A stretch of DNA of 64,000 nucleotides, taken from NCBI GenBank assembly GCA_964460785.1, contig CAYWQB010000002.1, positions 65,364 through 129,363 on the forward strand. Direction: 5' to 3'. A program made the translations under genes and the position numbers. This document shows, in pieces, positions 40,550 through 49,628 of this stretch (position 1 is its first letter; every line of letters begins with the position of its first letter). The notes below the pieces were generated by a model, which saw only the letters and a program-made list of their open reading frames with translations, ran no database searches and had not been told where the DNA came from. The stretch comes from an uncultured bacterium. Its GTDB lineage: Bacteria > Chlamydiota > Chlamydiia > Chlamydiales > CAYWQB01.

Positions 40550-41127
40550 AGGCCGACAATCGCAGGAAATACATGCTGTAAAATATCTGAAGAAAGAGAA
40601 CCTCTACGTAAAACCTTATGAGACTGCCCATCCGTATATACAATCGTTGAAGGTTCTGCATGGGAAGGGATTGCCCCTTCTAAAACAGGAAAATTCTCTC
40701 CAAAGCAAGCTTCCACTTGCTGTGCACTTTGCAAAGCAGGCTCCCCTGAAAGGTTAGCACTCGTCACAAAAAGGGGTCCTGTACGGGAGAGCAGCTCTAA
40801 TGTTTTGGCATGTGCAGGGACACGAAAGCCAATAGTAGGGAGACTTGTGAATGGGTTATCTTTCTTCACATGTGTGACTAAAGAAAATGCTCCAGGCCAC
40901 AGTGTTTGGACTCGTTCCCAAAGATCTTGGGGAAGGGGCTCTAGCCACTTGGCCACCTCTTGAGCTGTTGCACAGAGCAGTAAAATTTGCTTGCTTTCCG
41001 GCCGCCTTTTGATTTCATACAGTACGTCAGGGTTTTGGCAAGCTAAGCCATAAACTGTATCCGTCGGCACGGCGATTGCTTGTCCTTTTTGAAGAGATGC
41101 CTCTCCTTCAGCAAGAGTGATGAGCAT
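40546..41127 (-). CDS. tsaC: L-threonylcarbamoyladenylate synthase (YrdC/TsaC family)
   Basis: AIAVPTDTVYGLAC, RVP, TSANLSGEP motifs. 193 aa. Confidence 0.85.
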   Translation of the reverse strand: MLITLAEGEASLQKGQAIAVPTDTVYGLACQNPDVLYEIKRRPESKQILLLCATAQEVAKWLEPLPQDLWERVQTLWPGAFSLVTHVKKDNPFTSLPTIGFRVPAHAKTLELLSRTGPLFVTSANLSGEPALQSAQQVEACFGENFPVLEGAIPSHAEPSTIVYTDGQSHKVLRRGSLSSDILQHVFPAIVGL

Positions 41128-41132
41128 AATAA

Positions 41133-41915
41133 TTAAAATAGGTTGGTAAACTCTCCAACATGGGGACGCAAGCGTGCACGAAGACGAATCAAAGCTTTAG
41201 TATGAATTTGTGAGATCCTTGATTCAGTCACTCCCATGATCTGGCCAATTTCTTTTAACATGAGGTTTTCATAGTAATAAAGAACAAGAACTGTTTTCTC
41301 TTGTTCGGGAAGATTATAGACCGCATCTTCTATAAAATCAGCTATTTCCCGCCGGTCGGCAACCTCAAAACTTGTCTTGGCATTCTCATCAGGAATCCGC
41401 TCACTAATGTGGACTCCTGCTGCATCCTCATCAGAGGAACGATCTAAAGAGAGCAGGATAGCAGGACGCACACGGAGCACAAGCTCATCATAACGCTCAA
41501 TTGTTACTCCAAGATCCTTTGCCATCTCTTCATCTGTCGGCTCTCGCCCTAGCTTCTGCTGTAGGCGATGTGTTGCCTCTTCAATCTCATTTGCTTTTTG
41601 ATGGACACTTCTAGGCACCCAATCCAAGGAGCGCATCTCATCGATGATGCTTCCTTTAATCAAAAGTTGTGCATAGGTTTCAAACTTTGCTTTTCGGGAG
41701 GGATCAAATCGTTCTACTGCTTTAATGAGCCCTAAAACTCCCGTAGAATAAAGATCATCTCGCTGTACATGTTTAGGCAATGTGACGGCAAGCCTACCCA
41801 CAACGATCTTCACTAAGTAAAGATAGTGAGTAATGAGGTGGTCTCTTAAGCTCTCTTTTTTTGTACGGAGGTACTCTTTCCACACTTTTTTTATCTTGCC
41901 AGCATCTTCAGCCAT
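41133..41915 (-). CDS. fliA: RNA polymerase sigma-28 factor (FliA/WhiG family)
   Basis: Region 2 (DLYSTGVLGLIKAVERFDPSRKAKFETYAQLLIKGSIIDEMR), region 3 and region 4 (LPEQEKTVLVLYYYENLMLKEIGQIMGVTESRISQIHTKAL). 260 aa. Downstream of flhA, as in chlamydiae. Confidence 0.9.
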   Translation of the reverse strand: MAEDAGKIKKVWKEYLRTKKESLRDHLITHYLYLVKIVVGRLAVTLPKHVQRDDLYSTGVLGLIKAVERFDPSRKAKFETYAQLLIKGSIIDEMRSLDWVPRSVHQKANEIEEATHRLQQKLGREPTDEEMAKDLGVTIERYDELVLRVRPAILLSLDRSSDEDAAGVHISERIPDENAKTSFEVADRREIADFIEDAVYNLPEQEKTVLVLYYYENLMLKEIGQIMGVTESRISQIHTKALIRLRARLRPHVGEFTNLF

Positions 41916-41921
41916 CTCTTA

Positions 41922-42251
41922 CTACCCCCGCATGCCATCTTGCTCTGCTTCACTCTGTTCTATCACCCTTACTGCATCATCGATCGCTTCTACCTCTTCT
42001 AACTCATCTGACCGTGAATAGCCTTTTTTCAATTCTTCTTTTGTGCGCTGCACTTCGGTGGGGAAAACAACCTGCAGATAGAGGTGGCGAAAAATGACTT
42101 GGGATAAGATCCCAACAATCCACATCGTAGCAAGAGCATAAAGCACAGTCACTAACCACCCCTGTCCTGTAAACAAGCTGACTGCTGCCACCAAGCATGT
42201 ACTGATTAGGGTAAATAAAAAGACTAAGATAAAGATGTGCCTTTGATCCAT
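41922..42251 (-). CDS. small membrane protein (2-3 TM, acidic C-terminal tail)
   Basis: 109-aa ORF packed between flhF-like (1-nt gap) and fliA (6-nt gap). No family recognised. Confidence 0.5.
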   Translation of the reverse strand: MDQRHIFILVFLFTLISTCLVAAVSLFTGQGWLVTVLYALATMWIVGILSQVIFRHLYLQVVFPTEVQRTKEELKKGYSRSDELEEVEAIDDAVRVIEQSEAEQDGMRG

Positions 42252-42252
42252 C

Positions 42253-43602
42253 TTATCCTCTCATTTGTACTGTTTGGGAGAGCTCTTGCTTTGCTTCTAA
42301 CCTTTCTTCGAGCAAGATCTTTTTTGCGACCTCTTGACTATCGGCTATTTTCAGTCCTCGATCCAATGAAGAACTAGAAGTTAAATAGCTGAGAGGGAGC
42401 TTTGTCTGATGGCAAAGGTTTGCTAAAATTCCCACTGTCTCCGCACGGTCCATATGAGAAACCATTAAGCTATCTAGAGAGCTTGTCGCTAGCCCTCTCA
42501 GTTGCTGATTTAGATGGTGAAAAGGAGCTGATCCATGCACAACAAAATGACTTGTTACTTCAGGTAAGAGCTTTTGGATTCCTTTTTGTACCTCATGAAA
42601 GGACAGGTCTCCGATGCTTTGGCTTTCCACAGAGATAAAGACAAGGTCTGACACTGCTGCCGCATCGAGCTTCTGGTTCAGCTCTTTTAAGGTTGAGGCT
42701 TGAGAAATGCGAATCCCTTCCTTTGCCAGTTGCTCAACAAAGTGCATGGGCTTTTGGGAGGTGAGCTCCCCCTCTCCGAAGAGGATAATCTCTACTCTTT
42801 TACCTAGAGCCTGGACGTATTGCCTAGCAATGCGTGAGCACAGCATAAACTTTCCAGCCCCGCGCTCTCCATAAACCGCATGAAAGGAGGCTCGATAACG
42901 ATCTAAGCAAATGGGCCCATAGCAGGGAATTAACCGAGCAATTTCCCTCTTAAGAAACTGAAAGCAAGCTGTTCTCTTACTACTTGGTTTTGTTAAGTCA
43001 ATCGCTGGGAACTCTTGACTCATTTTATACTGCAAAGAAATCGCGAGTGGTTGTGAAAAGCCTTTGCGCTGTAAAAACCCCATAAAAGGAGCATCTGGGT
43101 TTTGAGGAGGAGCTCCCATCTCTCGAGCCTCCAAAGTCTCTTCATGTACACGCCGACGCACTTGCTCTTCATAACTACTTGGCTTTGCTAGTTGGGGCCG
43201 CACCTCTTCTACTTGCTCTTTAACCTCAAGCTTCCCTGCACAACGCTGCCGAAGGGCTTCTAAGGCTTTTCTAGAAGCCTCATCATCATTTTCCTGGCTC
43301 TTGTTGTTAGATGCATAAGTTGGTGGTACTGGAGCTATTTTTTCTCGTGCAGCAGAGCTTAAACTCAGTACATCTTCAGTATCCCTAGAGGGAGGCTTGC
43401 TTGCCTGAGGTTTCTCCATACTAGTTTCCTCCGCCTCCTCCTTGGCTGCGGTCACTTCAATCTCCATTCCCTTAGAGAACAATCCTTCTTTCTTCACAGG
43501 GCGTGATAAGAGAATCATCACCTCTTCGCCCATAGCTTGGCGAGCTTTTTCTGTCGCTTCTTGCTCTGTTTTTCCGCGAAATTTCTGTACTTTCATTCTC
43601 AC
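42253..43602 (-). CDS. flhF: FlhF-like SRP-type GTPase homologue with degenerate nucleotide-binding motifs
   Basis: N-terminus MKVQKFRGKTEQEATEKARQAMGEEVMILLSRPVKKEG....EIEVTAA parallels the FlhF B-domain. The C-terminal NG-like domain has GERGAGKF in place of GPTGVGKT. Position is flhA-flhF-...-fliA. Confidence 0.65.
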   Translation of the reverse strand: MRMKVQKFRGKTEQEATEKARQAMGEEVMILLSRPVKKEGLFSKGMEIEVTAAKEEAEETSMEKPQASKPPSRDTEDVLSLSSAAREKIAPVPPTYASNNKSQENDDEASRKALEALRQRCAGKLEVKEQVEEVRPQLAKPSSYEEQVRRRVHEETLEAREMGAPPQNPDAPFMGFLQRKGFSQPLAISLQYKMSQEFPAIDLTKPSSKRTACFQFLKREIARLIPCYGPICLDRYRASFHAVYGERGAGKFMLCSRIARQYVQALGKRVEIILFGEGELTSQKPMHFVEQLAKEGIRISQASTLKELNQKLDAAAVSDLVFISVESQSIGDLSFHEVQKGIQKLLPEVTSHFVVHGSAPFHHLNQQLRGLATSSLDSLMVSHMDRAETVGILANLCHQTKLPLSYLTSSSSLDRGLKIADSQEVAKKILLEERLEAKQELSQTVQMRG

Positions 43603-43612
43603 TTATCCCCAA

Positions 43613-45709
43613 TTAGGACATTAACACATCTGGGGCAATCACCCCGATAGAAACCACTTCCATGTCTGGAACAACCTCACTAAATGAAAGGACCGGCAGT
43701 TTTGGTAAGCTTCTCTCAACCAGCCGCCGAAAGGGTAAACGCAAGCTTGTACTCAGCAAGATGACAGGCTGAACCCCCTCTTGGATTCCCTTTTCTACAA
43801 ATGAGCGGATCGCAGCTGTAACCTTTTTTGTTGTTTCTGGCCGCATAACAATTCTCGAACCAAAGTCACTTTTTTGGATGCTTTCAGAAAGCATTTGTTC
43901 AACCTTTGGGTCAATGGCAATGATATGAAGTGTCCGTTCATCACCACCATACTGCTTAGAGATTGTCCGTGCAAGCCCATGGCGCACATATTCTGTTAAG
44001 AGATCAGAGTCTTGCGTCTGCACGGCATGATCAGCGAGCACCTCTAAGATGGAAGCTATATCCCGAATTGGGATTCGCTCACGCAGTAAATTTTGTAATA
44101 CTTTCAGAATTTGACCAAGAGTCATTTGGTTTGGAATCAATTCTTCGATAACAGCTGACGCATATTCTTTCGCATTTTCGATAAGGCGAGAGACTTCTTG
44201 TCGATTTAACAACTCATAAGCATGAGCATGAATCACTTCCGTAAGGTGTGTTGCTAAAACAGAGAGGGTATCCACTACCGTGTAGCCAGCAGCCTCTGCT
44301 TTTTCCTTATGTGCAGCAGAAATCCACAGAGCTTGCAGGCCAAAAGCAGGTTCAATGGTCTGAATCCCAGGGACGGATACCTCAACACTTCCGGGGTTCA
44401 TTGCTAAAAAGCTATCAAGCTGCAAACTCCCTGCAGCAACCTCTATCCCTTTGATTTTGATGACATAATGGTTTGAATCTAAAACCATATTATCACGGAT
44501 ACGTATGGGAGGCACAACAAGCCCTAACTCTGAGGCTATTTGTCGACGAATCACAGAGATTCTAGAGAGTAGGTCGCCTCCTTGCGCTTGATCCACAAGA
44601 GGAATTAAGCCATAGCCGAGCTCTATCTCCATGGGGTCTACATAGAGAACTTTTTCTACTTCATCATTTGTTGAAGGAGAGCTTTGGGCAGCTTCTGCTC
44701 CAACACCTTCCCTTTCCATCTCTTCAACTTTCTCTGCATTCACCTTCCACAAGAAAAATCCATAAGCACCAATTGCTAAAGACATCGGAATCATGACCAC
44801 CATGGGCATCCCTGGCACAAAGCTAAGGAAAAGCAAAATGGCTGCTGTGATCATGAGAACACGTGGATTATTGAGGAGCTGGTGGTGAAAGGTCTCCCCT
44901 AAAGACTCTTTTGAAGAGGCTCGCGTGACAATAATACCTGCTCCCACAGAGATGAGAAGGGCAGGGATCTGGGACACAAGTCCATCCCCTACTGTAAGAG
45001 TGGTATAGGTTTCCAGCGCTTCATCCCAAGCCATGCCCTTCACAGCCATGCCGATGATGAACCCTCCAAGGAGGTTTACAATCGTAATGATGATCCCAGC
45101 AATGGCATCACCACGCACAAACTTTGAGGCACCATCCATGCTTCCGTAAAAGTCAGCCTCAGCAGTGATTTTATTTCTTCGGTGCTTTGCCTCTTGCTCA
45201 TCAATGATGCCAGCATTTAAATCCGCATCAATACTCATCTGCTTACCTGGCATAGCATCCAGTGTAAAACGTGCGGAGACCTCTGCTATACGCCCTGACC
45301 CCTTGGTAATAACCACGAAGTTAATCACTGTGAGCAGGATAAAAATAATAATCCCGACAACTAAGTTCCCTCCAGTAACGAACTCTCCAAAGGTGCGAAT
45401 GATTTCCCCTGCGCGTGCTTCTGAAAGAATCATTCTCGTTGAGGCGATATTCAAGCCGAGCCGAAAAAGAGTAAGGAACAGTAAGAGCGAGGGAAATGAG
45501 TTAAACTCTAAGCTTTCTTCCACATACATTGTGATGAGTAGAGTTGCCACCGCAAGGACGATATTCACGGAGAGCAGCGAGTCGAGCAAAATAGGAGGTA
45601 GAGGGATAACCAGTAGCAGGATGATACTGACCACAGAAACGGCTAGTATGACATCGCTGTGTCTTTGGAACTTAGAAAATAGGCGGCCTGCGCCTACGGA
45701 GGTGGCCAT
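43613..45709 (-). CDS. flhA: flagellar-type export gate protein FlhA
   Basis: [78 protein letters not shown]. These are FlhA-type signatures, distinct from the SctV copy at 16805. Confidence 0.92.
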   Translation of the reverse strand: [698 protein letters not shown]

Positions 45710-45795
45710 AAGAAATTCCTACTGAGTTTCCAACAGTTCTTAGTGGCATATTATACAAATTTTGAAAAAACGCACGCTTAAAATAGCAAAAATCC

Positions 45796-46917
45796 TTAAG
45801 GCGTTGGTCCTTGCATTTGAGAGGCTGGGGATTCCTTCTGATTTAAGCGGTAGACATAGGCTAAGACTTCAGCCACAGAGTGATAGAAGTCAGGGGGAAC
45901 ATACATCCCCACATCAATTGTACGGTAAAGTCCTCGTGCCAACGGAGGGTTTTCAACGATGGGAATGTCATGCTCACGAGCCAGTTCTTTGATGGACTCT
46001 GCTAATTTCCTAGCTCCTTTGGCAACACACATAGGCGCACTCATTTTTTGTGCATCATACTTAATAGCAACAGCATAGTGAATTGGATTTGTCACCACAA
46101 CATCTGCATGCTCCACATTTGACTTCATTCTGCTTTGGATAAAAGAGACCATTGCTGAACGAAGGCGGGACTTCACCAAGGGGTCCCCTTCAGACTGCTT
46201 GGACTCATCCTTCACTTCTTGCTTAGTCATTTTCATCTCTTGACGAAAGCGGAACTTTTGAAAAACAAAATCCAACACCCCCACAACATTAAAAATCGCC
46301 GCCACGATGAGGGCCATCCAAAAGACTTCCCACATCAAGTAGTCATAAATTTTCTCTGGGTTGGTCTCCATTAAGCGTGAGATTGTAGGAAGCGAAAAGT
46401 GGATAAACAGGTAAAGAACAACAGCAACGATGAGTAACTTTGCCACCCCAAAGAGCGTTTTCATGACAACTCTTGAGTCAAAAAAACGCTTATAATTCTT
46501 CACATCAAAGATATTGAGCTTATCTAGCTTGGGCTTGAACTTTTCAAAAGTAATAAGCCATCCCATTTGCAGGACATTGGAAAAGATCCCCATAATAAAA
46601 AGGCAAACAAGCAAAGGGGCCATTAAAAGGGCCAAAGCATAGATCCCCTCTCTTCCCCAGTACACAATAGATTCGAAATCACCAAAAGGCTCCATGAGGT
46701 GATTGAAAATCCCTAAAATCAGGTCCCTCAATCGGTCAAAGAAAAACCCTGCTACAAGCAAAAAAAACAGCACGCCAGCAGAAAGCATTAGCCCCATGAT
46801 TAAATCTTGGGACTTCGATACATTTCCTTTCTTACGCGCTTCTTGTAATTTCCGCGGCGTAGCTTCTTCTGTTTTATCTTGCCAATCATCAGCCATAGCT
46901 CGTACAATAGTAGCCAA
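45796..46917 (-). CDS. flhB: flagellar-type export switch protein FlhB
   Basis: DKTEEATPRKLQEARKKGNVSKSQDL N-terminus, four TM, KMTKQEVKDESKQSEGDPLVKSR, cleavage-site region VVTNPIHYAVAIKY. Confidence 0.9.
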   Translation of the reverse strand: MATIVRAMADDWQDKTEEATPRKLQEARKKGNVSKSQDLIMGLMLSAGVLFFLLVAGFFFDRLRDLILGIFNHLMEPFGDFESIVYWGREGIYALALLMAPLLVCLFIMGIFSNVLQMGWLITFEKFKPKLDKLNIFDVKNYKRFFDSRVVMKTLFGVAKLLIVAVVLYLFIHFSLPTISRLMETNPEKIYDYLMWEVFWMALIVAAIFNVVGVLDFVFQKFRFRQEMKMTKQEVKDESKQSEGDPLVKSRLRSAMVSFIQSRMKSNVEHADVVVTNPIHYAVAIKYDAQKMSAPMCVAKGARKLAESIKELAREHDIPIVENPPLARGLYRTIDVGMYVPPDFYHSVAEVLAYVYRLNQKESPASQMQGPTP

Positions 46918-46948
46918 CTGCTATTAAATTCTATCTTGATTCTACTCT

Positions 46949-47737
46949 TTGACGAACGACTTTTCCTCTAATACCCTTCTTAAGCTTTGTTATGATGGTG
47001 CGCCATTTGATGGATGGCAAGACAACCACACCAATCAATCTATTGAGGGTCATCTATCTACAGCTCTTGCAAGAGTTCTTGGTGTTCGCCCCAAACTGCA
47101 GGCTGCAAGTCGCACAGATAAAGGTGTACATGCACTGGATCAGGCTGTAAATTTTCACTTACCAAAGCCCTTCCCTTTAGAACGCCTCCCCTTCGCATTA
47201 AACCGCTATCTGCCTGCAGAAATACGCGTCCTACATGCTACAGCTGTTTCACCAACCTTTCACCCTTCCTTACACGCAAAAGAAAAGCACTACTGCTACT
47301 ACACTTGCTTAGGGCCCACCCAGCTTCCTTGGTTTGCTCCTACCTCATGGCATGTTCCTCACCAGCTAGACCTTGGAGCCATGCGTAGAGCAAGCCTTTG
47401 TCTGATTGGAAAGCATGACTTTCGCTCCTTTTGCAACCTCCACCAAAATCAAGTAGTCGACGATGCCACTTGTCACCTACACTCTATAGAGATTGAGTCC
47501 CTGCATGCAAATCGACTCTGCTTTCATATTCGAGGCAACCGCTTTTTATACAAAATGGTGCGAACATTAGTTGGAACATTAGTGGATGTGGGACGTCACC
47601 GTACCTCTTTTGAAGAGATCCCTAAAATTCTCAGCCAGCGAGATCGCAAAACAGCCGGACAAGCGGCTCCTGCTCACGGCCTATTTTTAGCTAACATACA
47701 GTGGTTAGACACTTCTTATCGAGCAGGTGATTCCTAA
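46949..47737 (+). CDS. truA: tRNA pseudouridine(38-40) synthase
   Basis: LKLCYDGAPFDGWQ and catalytic RTDKGVHA. TTG start. Confidence 0.9.
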   Translation: MTNDFSSNTLLKLCYDGAPFDGWQDNHTNQSIEGHLSTALARVLGVRPKLQAASRTDKGVHALDQAVNFHLPKPFPLERLPFALNRYLPAEIRVLHATAVSPTFHPSLHAKEKHYCYYTCLGPTQLPWFAPTSWHVPHQLDLGAMRRASLCLIGKHDFRSFCNLHQNQVVDDATCHLHSIEIESLHANRLCFHIRGNRFLYKMVRTLVGTLVDVGRHRTSFEEIPKILSQRDRKTAGQAAPAHGLFLANIQWLDTSYRAGDS

Positions 47738-48659
47738 AAAAAGAACCAAAGAAGAAAATGCGCTCATCCCCTGTCTCTTGTATCATTTGTATCTCCCCTG
47801 AGACAACCTCTTGCACCGCTTTTCCCAAGTACTCCTCAAAAGTCGTCATACGCACATTGCCTGTGATGCTTGTTGCTTCAAGGAGCTTGCCCTTTCCAGC
47901 ATAAAGTAACACATGGACCATCCGCTTCGGAGTATTTGGGTGAGCAAAAAAGACAAGGTCTCCAGGCTGCAAACACTCCACTTTTAATGAGTGCTGATAG
48001 AGGTCCGTTGCATCTCTTGGCACGGCAATACCAAATGCTCTGTGCAATAGATAGACCATTCCTGAGCAATCAATCCCCCAGGGCTCTCCTTTCTTTCTTT
48101 CAAATGTCGAAAGACCTCCCCATGCATAGGGGATACCAAGGAAAATCTTAGCAAAGTCAACCATCTCTCGATCGACGACCTGCTGGTCTTGCAGTAAATA
48201 TGCTTCTGCTTTAGCAACACTTGCTTCTTCGCCGCTTGGTAGAGACACAATAAAGTGAGATTTTTCTTCCCTTATCATAGGAAGGCGCACACCAAGGCCA
48301 AGCTTTAAAGCCTTTCCTTTAGAGGGTGTTACGGAGCTTTCTAGAGTACGCAATAAAACAAATTGAGAATGAGATGTGTCTTTAACTTCTACAAGACTTG
48401 AGGCAGGGATCCAACCTCGGTAGCCTTCCCACTGCTCTCCCAAATAACGCTCTTGGTCTGGCACGGAAACGTATAACCACTCATCTTTCGTTCCCAATAC
48501 ATCAACCCGGTCCCCATAAAGAATTTGGGAAAGTTGTGCCCGGTCTTTTCCCCTTGTCCCTTTTTTGACAGACCGAGTGGAACGAAGATCCACATAAGGC
48601 TCAGCTACACGAAAAACCACAGGTATTGCCCTCCTTTCTATATCTATAGAATAAACCAT
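47691..48659 (-). CDS. NlpC/P60 family cell-wall peptidase with N-terminal SH3-like region
   Basis: GIDCSGMVYLLHRAFGIAVPRDA ... GDLVFFA ... HVLLYAG (Cys-His core). ATG 48659 is preferred over 48695. The 3' end overlaps truA by 47 nt. Confidence 0.85.
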   Translation of the reverse strand: MVYSIDIERRAIPVVFRVAEPYVDLRSTRSVKKGTRGKDRAQLSQILYGDRVDVLGTKDEWLYVSVPDQERYLGEQWEGYRGWIPASSLVEVKDTSHSQFVLLRTLESSVTPSKGKALKLGLGVRLPMIREEKSHFIVSLPSGEEASVAKAEAYLLQDQQVVDREMVDFAKIFLGIPYAWGGLSTFERKKGEPWGIDCSGMVYLLHRAFGIAVPRDATDLYQHSLKVECLQPGDLVFFAHPNTPKRMVHVLLYAGKGKLLEATSITGNVRMTTFEEYLGKAVQEVVSGEIQMIQETGDERIFFFGSFFRNHLLDKKCLTTVC

Positions 48660-48752
48660 TAAAAACTTTCTTAAAAGAATTACAAAAAATTTCACTCCTA
48701 CAAAATAATCAAAAATCTATCTATACTCCCCTTTTTGAACTAAGGAGTACAA

Positions 48753-49628
48753 ATGATTTCTAGAAATGACCCCTGCTGGTGCGGCAGCAATAAAAAATGG
48801 AAAAAGTGCCATGCACCAGACCCTGGCCCAGAGCAAAGCCAACAGAACCTCAAAAAGCAGTACAAGAAAAAGTACCAGATCCTTCTTAAAACTCCTGAGC
48901 AAATTGAAGGAATCAAGCGCGCATGTAAGCTAACGGCAAAGATCCTTGATGCCTTGTGCAACTATGCAAAGGCGGGGGTAACAACCGAAGAACTCGACCA
49001 GTACAGCAGAAAGCTACACAAAGAAGCGGGAGCGATTCCTGCTCCTCTTGGTTATGGAGAGCCCCCATTTCCATGCAGTATTTGTACCTCTCTGAACGAG
49101 GTTGTTTGCCATGGCATCCCTAACAAGACGCCTCTAAAAGAGGGGGATATTTTAAATATCGATGTCTCTTCGATCTTAGATGGTTACTATGGGGACTGTA
49201 GCCGCATGGTCGTTATTGGAAAGACTACAGCTGAACGCCAGCTTGTTGTGGATGTTGCCCACGAGTCTTTAGAGCGCTCTATACGCATTCTGAAACCGGG
49301 AGTCCCCTTAAATGCAATAGGTAAAGAGATTGAGGACTATGCGACCAGCCAAGGCTGCTCGGTGGTTTACCAGTTTGTCGGGCATGGTGTGGGCTTAGAC
49401 TTTCATGAAGCGCCTCAAGTCATGCATTGTAAAAACAAGTCAGCAATCCCTTTGGTACCCGGCATGACCTTTACCATTGAACCAATGATCAATGCAGGGC
49501 ACCCAGATGCTGAAATCAACCCCCTCAATGAATGGGAAGCCGTAACAGTTGACCGCCGTGCAAGTGCCCAGTGGGAGCACACTGTCCTCATCACAGAAAC
49601 AGGGTATGAAATCCTTACCCTTCCTTAG
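48753..49628 (+). CDS. map: type I methionine aminopeptidase with N-terminal SEC-C zinc motif
   Basis: DPCWCGSNKKWKKCH, then MetAP motifs (VCHGIP, DVSSILDGYYGD, GHGVG, FTIEP, QWEHT). Confidence 0.93.
   Translation: MISRNDPCWCGSNKKWKKCHAPDPGPEQSQQNLKKQYKKKYQILLKTPEQIEGIKRACKLTAKILDALCNYAKAGVTTEELDQYSRKLHKEAGAIPAPLGYGEPPFPCSICTSLNEVVCHGIPNKTPLKEGDILNIDVSSILDGYYGDCSRMVVIGKTTAERQLVVDVAHESLERSIRILKPGVPLNAIGKEIEDYATSQGCSVVYQFVGHGVGLDFHEAPQVMHCKNKSAIPLVPGMTFTIEPMINAGHPDAEINPLNEWEAVTVDRRASAQWEHTVLITETGYEILTLP

Noticed and set aside
45165-45725. 186-aa plus-strand ORF inside flhA, and similar ORFs at 8962-9426, 26028-26387 and 29306-29602
   Set aside because: All are antisense to genes with unambiguous family signatures (FlhA, IF-2, CaCA antiporter, ClpB). 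They have no motifs and no SD.
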